The translations under genes and the position numbers were made by a program. Shown in pieces: positions 1-12,589 of a DNA stretch of 64,000 bases. Source of the DNA: Eledone cirrhosa (Eukaryota). Location of the stretch: the NCBI GenBank assembly GCA_964016885.1, contig OZ024740.1:79732001-79796000 (forward strand), in the 5' to 3' direction. The notes under the pieces are model-generated. The model had not been told where the DNA came from and made no database searches. It worked only from the letters and a program-made list of their open reading frames with translations. The first letter of the stretch is position 1. Each line of letters opens with the position of its first letter.

Positions 1-39
1 GCAACCACGTCACCTTTTTGTTCAACACTGACACAGGAA

Positions 40-80
40 CGATGTACTAGTTTCAAGCTTGTTAGCTATCATCAGCACCG
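40..80 (-). ncRNA. Type I hammerhead ribozyme (family A)
   Basis: rc: cggtg-CTGATGA-tagct aaca agctt-GAAA-ctag-TA-catcg; palindromic stem III ACTAGT. Confidence 0.8.
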
Positions 81-245
81 TATACCCATCTGCCAGATAG
101 TTGAACGTTCGAAAGTATATACTTTCCCTATGAAAATTAACGGCTGAGCAGCCTAATTTGCATATCGAGTGAGTTAAATCGGTCAGGCGCACCGAAAACG
201 ATGAGTTGTAATAAACTGATACGTACATATATGTATGTGTACCTG

Positions 246-299
<54 letters not shown>

Positions 300-536
300 T
301 GCTACTGTACGTCTGTATACATATATGTATGTACGTATACATACATACTTACATTTAAGTAAGTGCCGTACTAAGAGTGAGAAATGAAATTTCGTTTTCA
401 TTTTATTACAACTCATCGTTTTCGGTGCGCCTGACTGATTTAACTCACTCGATATGCAAATTAGGCTGCTCAGCCGTTAATTTTCATAAGGAAAGTATAT
501 ACTTTCGAACGTTCAACTATCTGGCAGATGGGTATA

Positions 537-577
537 TGGTGCTGATGATAGCTAACAAGCTTGAAACTAGTACATCG
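537..577 (+). ncRNA. Type I hammerhead ribozyme (family A)
   Basis: tggtg-CTGATGA-tagctaacaagctt-GAAA-ctag-TA-catcg. Confidence 0.8.
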
Positions 578-729
578 TTCCTGTGTCAGTGTTGAACAAA
601 AAGGTGACGTGGTTGCCTTAACACCGTGCGGCATAAATTCAGGCTGTTCAGTTTGTTTACAAACGAACAAAGCGGGCGCTATAATAAGCGTCTGCTAAAC
701 TGATACGTACATATATGTATGTGTACCTG

Positions 730-809
<80 letters not shown>

Positions 810-887
810 TGCTACTGTACGTCTGTATACATATATGTATGTACGTATACATACATACTTACATTTATATATATATATATATATATA

Positions 888-1163
888 CGATATTAAACAA
901 ATGGAAACTATATTTATAAAACCATATTTATTTCATTATACATATTTCGGGGATACCATATTAAAAATATGGCATGCCTTCTTCAGATAAAATACAATAT
1001 ATAAACAGTTTTATAAATAATTTTGACGTACCATAAATATTGATCAACTTTTATGTAAGAAGTTGGTTTTAATATCGTATATCTACTCCAAAACTTGTTG
1101 AGTGCTTTATATCAGTTATAAAATATTTACTTGTTGTAACCCAACAATTTTAAATAAAACTTT

Positions 1164-1167
<4 letters not shown>
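888..1167. mobile_element. Short PLE-like element, family B, between (TA)n tracts; HHR at ~929-994 (-)
   Basis: rc tattttat-CTGAAGA-aggcatgccata..tatggtatccc c-GAAA-tatgta-TA-atgaaata; motif aaatggaaactatatttataaaaccatattt shared with 23180, 24870, 37190, 46808. Confidence 0.7.
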
Positions 1168-1199
<32 letters not shown>

Positions 1200-1268
1200 A
1201 GTATTGCACCAAGAAAAATATAGACTTCGGCGAGGAAGGAGAGTAGGAATTTATTGGCTTAACATATG

Positions 1269-1352
<84 letters not shown>

Positions 1353-1476
1353 GGAGGTGAGTTTTATTGTAGTACAATAAAGCAATGCAGATATCGGATA
1401 AGAAGCGCTCTACAGTTTGTAGGACTGGAGTATACATAATATATAAGATCAAAAGATGGTTAAAGGAGTTCCATGT

Positions 1477-1545
1477 ATTTTATTATGCGCATTTCAAAAA
1501 CAAACATCATCATGCAATAATATTTGTGTTTTCATCAGATAAAAC
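1477..1545 (-). ncRNA. Type I hammerhead ribozyme (family C), long stem II
   Basis: rc gttttat-CTGATGA-aaacacaaatattatt gcat gatgatgtttgttttt-GAAA-tgcgca-TA-ataaaat; palindromic stem III ATGCGCAT. Confidence 0.8.
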
Positions 1546-2540
1546 AGGAGAACATGATATGAAGGCTAAAAAACACTTGTGGATAGTGCAGTTTTAAATC
1601 AACATATGAAAAGTAGTTTTAGATTGATGTGTGATATTGGGAAAAATATTTTGTTTAGAGAGGGGGGTGGAAAGGATGAAAAAAGGGGAGGAGATGAGAG
1701 TGAAGGTGGAGAGGGAGAGATGGGTGATAGAGAGAAAGAGATAGTTTTTATAACTGAGAGAAGATATATTGTTTTACATAGAGAGGTTGAAAACCGTTGG
1801 AAGATAATTTATAAATTAAAAGAATTTGAAAATTAACGAAGGGAAAAATATGTACGAGGAAAAAATATTTTATTTAGAGAGGGAGGTGGAAAGGATGAAA
1901 AAAGGGGAGGAAATTGCCATAATACTTATAAACATACACCTTTTTGACGTTAGAATATTCATCCGCAATTATTATTGTTTCTCTCTATCTTCAAACTTTT
2001 TAATATCAATACATATCAACTCCCTCTCTTTCCCTTCGTTAATTTTCAAATTCTTTTAATTTATACATTATCTTCTCAACCTCTCTATGTAAAACAATAT
2101 ATCTTTTCTCAGTTATAAAAACTATCTCTTTCTCTCTATCACCCATCTCTCCCTCTCCACATTCACTCTCATCTCCTCCCCTTTTTTCATCCTTTCCACC
2201 CCCCCTCTCTAAATAAAATATTTTTTCCTCGTACATATTTTTCCCTTCGTTATTTTCAAATTCTTTTAATTTATACATTATCTTCCAACGGTTTTCAACC
2301 TCTCTATGTAAAACAATATATCTTCTCTCAGTTATAAAAACTATCTCTTTCTCTTTATCACCCATCTCTCCCTCTCCACCTTCACTCTCATCTCCTCCTC
2401 TTTTTTCATCCTTTCCACCCCCCCTCTCTAAATAAAATATTTTTCCCAATATCACACATCAATCTAAAACTACTTTTCATATGTTGATTTAAAACTGCAC
2501 TATCCACAAGTGTTTTTTAGCCTTCATATCATGTTCTCCT

Positions 2541-2609
2541 GTTTTATCTGATGAAAACACAAATATTATTGCATGATGATGTTTGTTTTTGAAATGCGCA
2601 TAATAAAAT
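2541..2609 (+). ncRNA. Type I hammerhead ribozyme (family C)
   Basis: Inverted copy of 1477-1545. Confidence 0.8.
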
Positions 2610-2640
2610 ACATGGAACTCCTTTAACCATCTTTTGATCT

Positions 2641-2712
<72 letters not shown>

Positions 2713-2894
2713 CCATGCTTGTATGCATGGATTGACCAGAAGGCGGGTATCAGGGTTAAGTAAGGTGAGGGTTGAGTAGGGAAACGAGTATGCAAGTTGG
2801 AAATGAATGAGGTAAAGTGGGGATGGTGTATTAACACTGGGAAAGGTGAATAAGGTAGGGGTAGGGAAAAGATTGGTGCAGACTAGTGTCCTCT

Positions 2895-3357
<463 letters not shown>

Positions 3358-3418
3358 TGTATATATATATATATATGTATATATATATGTATAGATATAT
3401 ATATATTTATATCATTCG

Positions 3419-3605
3419 GTGGATTGGCAGTATCGGTAGAGGGTCGGACGCCATGCTTTCCAGCATAGTTACGTCCCTTTACGATCTGAGTTCAAATCCC
3501 ACCGAGGTTGACTTTGCCTTTCATCCTTACGGGATCGATAAAATAAGTACCAGTAATGCACTGGGTAATTGCTGGTCTTGTGCCTAAAGTAGAAACAATT
3601 ATTAT
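3419..3605 (+). mobile_element. tRNA-derived SINE (dominant family)
   Basis: A box TGGCAGTATCGG, B box GAGTTCAAATCC, central gactttgcctttcatccttacggg.tcgataaaataagtaccag (resembles the Meta/MESC SINE domain), (ATT)n tail. Confidence 0.8.
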
Positions 3606-3647
3606 CACCAACACCAGTAATTCACTGTACTACACACACACACACAC

Positions 3648-3681
<34 letters not shown>

Positions 3682-3684
<3 letters not shown>

Positions 3685-4110
3685 CCAAAAGTTAAACAAG
3701 GTTCATTGATTAATCAATTAATATAGTTTTCCAATCGATTAGAAGCACTTAACAGAAAAAGTTTTCTGGAGTTATTAATATTAATTCAAAATATTAATAA
3801 ATATAGACATTCACGTAATCAAATATATTTTATTATACATATTTCGGAGGTACTGTGCTGTTTATTCAGTACGCCCTCATCAGATAAAATATATAAATTG
3901 ATGTATGACATACCTCAACTGTGCTGATGGTTCAAGTCTGGAATTGAGCCATCAGCACAGTTGAGGTATGTCATACATCAATTTATATATTTTATCTGAT
4001 GAGGACGTACTAAAAAAACACCACAGTACCTCCCAAACATATATAATAAAATATATTTTGATTACGTGAATGTCTATATTTATTAATATTTTGAAGTAAT
4101 ATTAATATAT
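3682..4110. mobile_element. Fold-back element related to family B; HHR at ~3823-3894 (-), decayed copy at ~3985-4058 (+)
   Basis: Arms 3787-3936 / 3946-4094; rc atattttat-CTGATGA-gggcgtactg..cagtacctcc-GAAA-tatgta-TA-ataaaatat. Confidence 0.75.
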
Positions 4111-4250
4111 AAATATATATATAGTACAGTGAATTACTGGTGTTGGTACCAAATCAACTACTCAATGCACATGTGGCGTGTATATAACAGAAAAAAACGA
4201 GGAAATTTCGTTTACATATAAAAAATATTTATAGAAAAATAACAAAAAAA

Positions 4251-4333
<83 letters not shown>

Positions 4334-4614
4334 TGTCATATCGCCAGTCTGAGGAGCAAATCGATAGTGGAGTCAAGTCCATAACTTCTATGGATGGCCC
4401 TGAGCCAATCCTCTACGGAACGCGTGTAACAGGTCGATACACAAATATTTTTCATATGTAAACGAAACTTCCTGGGGTTTTTTCTATTAAATATATAAAC
4501 ATATATATATACAAATGTGAGGAAACAAAACATATCAAATATGTTAGAATTTTGTGCTTCTCAATAAACAAGCTCAATAGACGTTATCCAGAGCCATAAT
4601 AATTCAAATGCAAA

Positions 4615-4701
<87 letters not shown>

Positions 4702-4794
4702 GCAGAGGTTATATTTAATTTGCCTTGGTGGCCCTTGAAATGTGTATAATAAAATAAATATGGTTTTATAAATATAGTTTCTATTTATTAATAT

Positions 4795-4869
<75 letters not shown>

Positions 4870-4875
4870 CCATAT

Positions 4876-4953
<78 letters not shown>

Positions 4954-5063
4954 CATATATATGGTATATATTGTGTATTCTCAATATATGGTATATATTG
5001 TGTATTCTCAATGATATATGGTCCTTTCTCTCTCTACGTATACATATATATTTTTCATTTGAT

Positions 5064-5186
5064 TATTTATAAAACAAATCTGTATTTTATCTGATGAAAG
5101 TGCATCATAATTTTCCTAGGTGGCCCTTGAAATATGTATAATAAAATAAATATGGTTTTATAAATATAGTTTCCATTTATTAATAT

Positions 5187-5190
<4 letters not shown>
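5064..5190 (+). mobile_element. Family B fragment with HHR (~5083-5148)
   Basis: tattttat-CTGATGA-aagtgc...ggccctt-GAAA-tatgta-TA-ataaaata; stem II imperfect. Confidence 0.6.
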
Positions 5191-5245
<55 letters not shown>

Positions 5246-5249
<4 letters not shown>

Positions 5250-5696
5250 ATGAGAAGAATGAATACTGTGTGGTTGCACATGGGTTACATATGATAAAAA
5301 TAGTCCTTCATCAGTGATTTTCCAACCTTCATTGGTATTTCATCGCTTTAAAAATCATATACCTCCAGTTGGTGCGAGCAATAGCTAAATAAAGCTATTG
5401 GGACAAGTGAATCGCGTAAAGCGAGCGAGACAAGTAAACAAACATAGAAGCATAGCAACGCAAAGATAGGAAAAAACAAGCACATGGGAGTCCGATCAGC
5501 TTAAGCTGTGTGGATTTCATGAGCGAGAGACAACAGACCGTGCGACGCGAGTGAGGTGTGAGCAAGAAAGGACCCCACTTCAGGCCAAACAGGAGGAAGT
5601 GAGAAGGGGAGAAGCAGAGAGTGAGTGAGTGGAAGTGCGAGGAAGAGGCCAGTCGAGAGAAAGTGTATGGAAAATCACTGATGAAGGACTATTTTT

Positions 5697-5701
<5 letters not shown>
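5246..5701. mobile_element. TA-flanked non-coding element with short inverted arm; relative at 29426-30083
   Basis: 5290-5324 inverted at 5669-5703; ccttcatcagtgat...cattggtatttcatcgctttaaa shared with 29439-29487. Confidence 0.55.
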
Positions 5702-5779
<78 letters not shown>

Positions 5780-5791
5780 CCATATATCATA

Positions 5792-5839
<48 letters not shown>

Positions 5840-5924
5840 GTATATATACAATATATTGTGTATTCTCAATGATATATGGTCCTTTCTCTCTCTACGTATA
5901 CATATATATTTTACATTTGATATA

Positions 5925-6390
5925 TATGTTCTACAATTTCCATAATGCGTTCACTGTCAAAAGTGCCACATATCTGTCTGTCTCCTAACTCTATCTTTTT
6001 CTGTGTCTATCCATCTGTACGCCTGTCTCTCTGCATATATATACATCTCGTTTTGGATTTTTATCTGAAGAGAACACGTTGGGAAACTGTTATTCAACTG
6101 TCATACGTCTTTGAAATACGTATTTATTATAATAATAAACACGAAAGACAGTTTCATTTGTACATCCCTATTTATTTTGTTATACGTATTTCAAAGACGT
6201 ATGACAGTTGAATAAACAGCCTCCCAACGTGTTCTCTTCAGATAAAAATCCAAACGAGATGTATATATATATGCAGAGAGACAGGCGTACAGATAGATAG
6301 ATAGACATAGAAAAAGATAGAGTTAGGAGACATACAGATATATAGCACTCTTGATAGTGAACGCATTTTAGAAAATGTAGAACATATACT
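5925..6390. mobile_element. Fold-back element with two HHR-like motifs (6058-6124 +, 6175-6247 -)
   Basis: Arms 5925-6123 / 6183-6390; ttttat-CTGAAGA-gaacacgt...acgtcttt-GAAA-tacgta-T; palindromic stem III ATACGTAT. Confidence 0.7.
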
Positions 6391-6514
6391 TCTCCCACTA
6401 CTACCTTTTATTTGACATTTGTGTAGCATGGATTCTAAATAAAAGTGTTAGGTGTTTTTGTGTGAGAGTGTTCCTGTGACAGACGGACAATAAACACAAG
6501 ACAATCATTGGTGA

Positions 6515-8192
6515 AGTGGCAGTATCGGGAGGGTCGGACGCCATGCTTTAACGCATAGAGTTACGGCCCTTGCCATTCTGAGTTCAAATCCCGCCGAGGT
6601 TAACTTTGCCTTTCATCCTTACGGGGTCGATAAAATAAAGTACCAGTAATGTACTGGGATAATTGCTGGCCTTGTGCCAATAGTAGAAACAATTATTATA
6701 TAGATTGAAGTAGTTCTACTTGACTGTTAAACAATATTGTATACCTTGTTATCTACACGGTTATTACTGATGTATGTGAGATATCACAACACTATCACAT
6801 GATCGGTTATTTTGTTATTGAATCTAGTGTAGCTTCTCTAACCAACGAGGGAACCTGTATATGATTGTGCAACCGGCTAAAAATAGCAGCCAAATTTTTT
6901 TCATAGCAAAAAGTGGGTGGGAGAGAGAGAGGATTGGATAAATTGTTACGGCCCTTTACGTTCTGAGTTCAAATCCCACCGATGTCAACTTTGCTTTTCA
7001 TCCTTCTGGGGTCGATAAAATAAAGTAGCAGTAATGTACAGGGGTCGATATAATCGATCCTCCCACCAATTACCGAACTTTGTGTCAATGTTAGAATGAA
7101 TTATTATCAAATAATAAATATATAAACATCATTTTAGTTATAATTGATAGAGCAGTGGATTGGCAGAATCGGTAGGGCGTCGGACAATATGCTTTGGTGG
7201 CATTGAGTTAAGGGTCTTTACGTTCTGAGTTCAAATCACGCACTGAGGTCGATTTAATCGACCTCCTCCCCCAAATCAGAAACCATTATTGTTGAAATTG
7301 ACGGAGTGTAATAATTGTTTCTACTTTTGGCACAAGGTCAGCAATTACCCAGTACATTACTGGTACTTTATTTTATCGACGCTGTAAGGATGAAAGGCAA
7401 AGTTAACCTCGACGAGATTTGAACTCAGACCGTAAAGGGCCGTAACAATTTATCCAATCCTCTCTCTCTCCCACCCACTTTTTGCTATGAAGAAAATTTG
7501 GCTGCTATTTTTGCTATGAAGAAAATTTGGCTGCTATTTTTAGCCGGTTGCACAATCATATACAGGTTCCCTCGTTGGTTAGAGAAGCTACACTAGATTC
7601 AATAACAAAATAACCGATCATGTGATAGTGTTGTGATATCGCATGGCCTCCAATCCTCTACCGATACTGCCAATTGTGTAATAATAGAATGTCTTAAGGT
7701 ATTTGTTCCTGCTCTTTATGTACCAATTTCAAAACCTGCTGGGGTTAACTTTGCTTTTTATCCATCTGGGGTTGATAAAAGTACCAGTCAAGTGCTGGGG
7801 TAGATGTAATCGCCCCGCCCACCCTACCATGAAAAAATTGCAGAATTAGAAACCAGCATAGAGTTACGGCCCTTTACAGTCTGAGTTCAATTCCTGCCAA
7901 GGTCAACTTTGCCTTTCATCCTTACGGGGTCGATAAAATAAAGTACCAGTAATGCACTGGGTAATTGCTGGCCTTGTGCCAAAAGTAGAAACAATTATTA
8001 ATTTTAGAGGCAGTGGATTGGCAGTATCGGTAGAGCCTCAGACACCATGATTTGCAACATAGAGTTATGTCCCTTTATGGTCTGAGTTCAAATATCACTG
8101 AGGTTAACTTTGCCTTTTATCCTTATGGGGTCGATAAAATAAAGCACCAGTAATGCACCGGGGTAATTGCTGGCCTTGTGCCAAAAGTAGAT
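6515..8192. mobile_element. Cluster of ~8 full and partial copies of the dominant tRNA-SINE
   Basis: Copies at ~6515-6700(+), 6945-7105(+), 7155-7290(+), 7295-7446(-), 7650-7675(-, head), 7730-7850(+), 7855-8000(+), 8011-8192(+). Confidence 0.8.
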
Positions 8193-8961
8193 TAATTTTT
8201 TAAAAAATGTTAACCCTTTAGTATTTACATTACTCTATATTTACTATTATATTTTCATACATATCACATAATATCTCATAATATCAAATCTACGAGATTT
8301 TGATGTTATTTATTTTGAGAACAATACCTTAACATCAGTATGAGTGGCCAGTTACAGCTGGTTTAGATGCTAAAGGGTTAAAGAAATTGCTGTTAAGATG
8401 TGAAAACTTGCATTATTCAGATCATGTGTGTGTATGTATGTGTGTGTGTCTATTTGTGTGTGTTCATAGTCTGCCTTGGTTATATGTTTGTGTGTTTGTA
8501 TGTCGATGTGTATAGGCTTGTGTGTATTTGTTTCGCCCCTTCCTCCGCTGATATATATCTGTGTATGTGTGTGTGTGCGTATATGGATTTTGCTTTCTGT
8601 ATGGGCGATTACATATATGTTTATATTTCTGTGTTCATTATTGTACTTCAGTCGTTATATGCTTGTGTATGTATCTGTGTGTTTATATCGCCTTCTACTA
8701 TTAAATGTGTGTGTATGTTTTCCTATTGTGGCAGTGGTTGTGTGTAGGCTTCTAGGAAGTGGGTAGTCCTTCAGCTAGGAGAACGGGTGAGGCTAACTTA
8801 TTGGAAGAGAAAGACCTTAAAAGTCTAGTGTGGGATGTTAGCGGAAGGAAATAGATAAAAATAAAACAGATACAAGGCGATATAAAGGGTCAGTGACACA
8901 GTTTGAGGGAAATGAGGTATGTTTACAAATGGGGGTTTGTTTATAGAAATCTTGTATACAT

Positions 8962-9790
8962 CGTCGTCATCATCATCATTGTTTATGTCTGCTTTTCCAT
9001 GCTTGCATGGGTTAGATGGGTCTTTTCTTGCGCAGCATCCTTCCACTTATTGTGGTCCTTCATCATTTCTGTGAAGCTTAACGATTTGTGTTCAGCTCTC
9101 ACAACCTCTGCCCAGTTTCTCTAGGTCCAGCGGCGTGCAGAGCTCTGGTGATGCCTGGGTCAAATCTTGATTGTATGCCCCAAAGACTCAAGCCTAATAT
9201 ACTGAGAAATATTATGAGAAAAGAAAACATTTTGAATATGTAAACACAGATGAAACATGAAATAAACGCATTATTCGATTTTAATATAAATCAATCAAAT
9301 TTATTAAGTTCTTTTTCCCCAAAGGATGCCTGGGGCCAACGCACCATGTCCCCCCCCCCTCTGCACGCTACTGCCTATTGCAACTTCCTTTCACTTGGAT
9401 TTCTTGGAATTTCTTCAACCAATGATCAACATCTACACACATCACAGTCCATACCTGTGTAAGTCTTCTCGCATGCACTCTACATCTGATTCCTTTTATA
9501 CCCATCTTTTTTTCTTATTTGAATGACATAGCTCATCTATGCTTTATTGTATATACACATTAACATTGCATATCCATTGAAACATGATGTCTTCATTTCT
9601 CTCCAGCTTTCGCAAATCATCTGCATTCACTGCCCATGTCGCACTAATATACAAGATCACACATTGCACCAGCTTGCCTTTCATTTGTAGAGCGAAAACC
9701 CTTTATCAGTCTAGTTACTATGCCTTCAGAGCAACCTCTTCCACTGTTAATAAAATCAGGTAGCAGGAGCTATCAACTAGGCCTTATTCT
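8962..9790 (-). mobile_element. Decayed RTE LINE fragments
   Basis: (CAT)n tail and ccatgcttgcatgggttagatgg 3' end at 8965-9020; remnants of the TWAV..DLRKLERN region at 9590-9650. Confidence 0.5.
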
Positions 9791-10147
9791 TTTAAGCGTC
9801 AGTGACACCAAGTGCACCAGTGTCATTTTAAACTCATTTGCCCTAACAACATCTTAGTTCTCACCGACACACTGCTTTGCAATGTGTCTAGCTTCTCTTT
9901 TAGCTATCTTTGCTGCCCATTTTACCAGTCATTCCATGCCTGTCTCTTGGCTTCAACAGTCCCATTCAACCGTTCTACCATCAGGTCATATGCTGTCTGT
10001 TTGGTGCTCTGCTCCAGCCACTAGTCTCACCAATACCTTGCACTAGGTTGCCACATAAAAACATCCAATTGTCCTCAATGTCATATGTATCTAACTCTTC
10101 TTTCCTCTTTTCATGTGCATCACAATTGAATATTTATATATATATAT

Positions 10148-11790
10148 CATCATCATCATCGTTTAATGTCCATCTTCCACGCTTGTATGGGTTTGGACGG
10201 GAGTTTTCCCACTTAAGGCAAGAGTGGTTGTCTTGCTCGCATAGGACTGTCTGGCGGGTTTTCTATGGCTGGATGCCCTTCCTAACACCAACCACGTTTA
10301 CAGTGAGGACTGGGAGGTTTTTACCGTGTTACCTACACGGCCACATTACAGCGTGGACTGTGTTTTTTTTGTCGTGACACCTACACCTCATTTGTTTCGG
10401 ACTGGATGTTGTGGTACCAACATAACTTTACATTGAAAGGGGTGGTGTGGATGGGGTGGGACGGGGGTGTATTTTTGTTAGAGGTGCCTACTGACTGTAG
10501 TAGGTTTCACTTTGTACTGAGGTAAGGCGGGTCTTCTGTTACTACTGTGTAGCGCCAAAGATCTCGGTCCAGTGACATTGTCTTGGAGAGGTGTAAGTGT
10601 GTGAGGTCGGAATTTATCAAGTCGTCCCAGATTTTTCTGGGTATGCCTACTCCGTGGCTACCGTATATTTTTATTGCCCTGCACTTTTTTATACAGCTGT
10701 CGTCTTTCATGCGCATCACGTGACCGTACCAACGTAGTCTTCTCTCAAGTAAACAACATCTGATCCCTCTTATTTCTAATTTTTCCCTTAGTTCGTTTAT
10801 GCTTTGCCGTTCACGTATATTACTATTACACATCCAGCGGAGCATGCAAGCTTCGTTCCTCTCCAGTCTGTGTATATCCTCTGCACACAATGCCCAGGTC
10901 TCATTGCCATGTAACATTGCTGTTCGTATGCAGGCATCATACAGCCTGCCTTTCATTTTTAGAGAGAACCCTTTAGCGGCTAATAGTGGTATAAGCTCTC
11001 GGAACTTTTTCCATCCAGTTCTGACTCTAGCTACTGTACTTTCAGAGCACTCTCCACCACTGCTGATTTTGTCACCCAAGTAACGGAAGGTGACCACTAT
11101 TTCTATAGAACCATCTGTGCAATGGAATGAGCTAGTCTTCAGTGGACACTTGCTGCTACTTATTGCACCAGAGCACCGGCCACATATAAAATCTATATTC
11201 TTAGTTAGCTTACCTGTGATCCCACTACATCTTTTATGCACCCATAGTTTGTATTTGGGACATAAAATGGAGTTTCTGCCTACTCCTTTCCTACACACTG
11301 AGCATGGCCATTTCCCAGATGGGACCGGTGCCCTATTTTCCTTCCTACAAACTAGAACTTTAGTCTTAGACAAGTTAATTTTAAGGCCTTTTGATTCTAG
11401 GCGATGCTTCCATTTCTTCTCTAGTTCAGCCATTGATTCAGCTATGAGCGTTAGATCATCTGCGTATAGGAGTTCCCATGGGCAGCCGGTCTTGAACTCC
11501 TCTGTTATAGCCTGAAGGGCAATAATAAATAGTAGGGGGCTAAGAACGGAGCCCTGATGAACACCAACTCTTCACTATATTCGTTGTTAATTCTAACCTT
11601 GCTGACTGTTTCTTTATACATGGCTTGTATAGCTCTCACAAGCCATTCATCAACACCTAGTTTTCTAAGAGCCCACCAGATAATGGAACGGGGGACTCTG
11701 TCGAAGGCTTTCTCCAAGTCGACAAAAGCTAGGTACTTCTCCTGTAGTTGTCGTACAATGAAAAGAGCGTCTGTGGTACTTTTACCTGAC
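10148..11790 (-). mobile_element. 5'-truncated RTE-clade LINE (RT C-terminal half, frameshifted, plus 3' UTR)
   Basis: [37 protein letters not shown]; ORF 10507-11433; (GAT)n tail; TA tracts at both ends. Confidence 0.9.
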
Positions 11791-11815
11791 ACATATATAT
11801 ATATATATATATATA

Positions 11816-11882
11816 TAAATTCTTTTACTCTTTTACCTGTTCCAGCCATCCGGCTGAGGCCATGCTGGGGCACCGCCCTTGT
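11816..11882 (-). mobile_element. 3' tail fragment of a second SINE/LINE family
   Basis: rc ggtgccccagcatggcctcagccggatggctggaacaggtaaaagagtaaaag; near-identical copy at 40703-40754 (+), decayed copy near 56472-56520. Confidence 0.55.
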
Positions 11883-11901
11883 GTATATATATATATATAT
11901 A

Positions 11902-12589
11902 TCATCATCATCGTTTAACGTCCATCTTCCACGCTAGCATGGGTTAGATGGGAGTTGTCCCACTTGAGGCAAGGTTGGTCGGGTGAACGTGTCTCGCTCA
12001 TATAGGACTCTCTGGCAAGTTTTCTACAGCTGGATGCCCCTCCTAACACCAACCACATTTACAGTGTGGAACTGGGGACTTTTTGCCTTGTTACCTACAC
12101 GGCCACATTACAGCGTGGGCTGTGTGTGTTTTTTGTCGTGACACCTACACGATCTCGATCTCATTATCTCATTTATTTGGACTGGATATTGTGATACCAA
12201 CTTTAGAGAAAGGGTGGTGTTGGTAGGAGTGGGAGTAGGGGTAGTTGATTAGGGTGTATATTTGGTTAAGAGGTGCCTACTGACTGCAGGTTTCGCTTTG
12301 TACATAGGCAAGGCGGATCTTCTGTATTACTGCATGGTGCCAAAGATCTCGGTCCAGTGACATTGTCTTAGAGAAGTGGAAGTGTGTAAGGTCGGAAATT
12401 ATCAGATCGTCCCAGGTTTTTCTGGGTCTGCCTACTCCGTAACTACCATCAATTTTGATCGCCCTGCACTTTTTTATACAGCTGTCGTCTTTCATGCGCA
12501 TCACGTGGCCATACCAACGTACTCTTCTCTCAAGTAAACAGCATCTGATCCCTCTTATTCCTAATTTCTCAGTTCATTTATGCTTTGCC
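11902..12589 (-). mobile_element. RTE LINE 3' fragment
   Basis: RMKDDSCIKKCRAIKIDGSYGVGRPRKTWDD plus 3' UTR; closely matches 51820-52526. Confidence 0.9.

Larger units (their letters stand above)
1..865. mobile_element. Non-coding PLE-like/retrozyme-like element, family A, fold-back plus partial direct repeat (truncated by window start)
   Basis: 1-215 is the reverse complement of ~404-622; ~215-360 recurs at ~697-865; same sequence at 33570-34280 and 37456-39095; carries HHRs; abuts (TA)n. Confidence 0.75.
1349..2648. mobile_element. Fold-back PLE-like element, family C
   Basis: ~1436-1875 is inverted at ~2215-2648; internal ~210-bp tandem duplication at 2030-2450; TA tracts on both sides; two HHRs. 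Confidence 0.75.

Noticed and set aside
22-595. Repeated 70-130 aa ORFs in family A (also 37470-39088)
   Set aside because: Recur only because the element is repeated; run through TA tracts and the HHR; no known motif
715-990. YIYI/VCVC/SLSL-rich ORFs here and throughout the track
   Set aside because: Translations of (TA)n, (CA)n and (CT)n microsatellites
1905-2032. Possible GIY-YIG C-terminal remnant in the family C spacer
   Set aside because: Needs several frameshifts; too weak to call without a profile search
1579-2455. Glu/Gly/Lys-rich ORFs with internal repeat
   Set aside because: Purine-rich strand of the family C repeat; stops differ between copies
5295-5345. CTGATGA-aggacta motif (also 5679 and 29440) as an HHR
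   Set aside because: No downstream stem II/GAAA closure; the upstream GAAA does not give a type II fold
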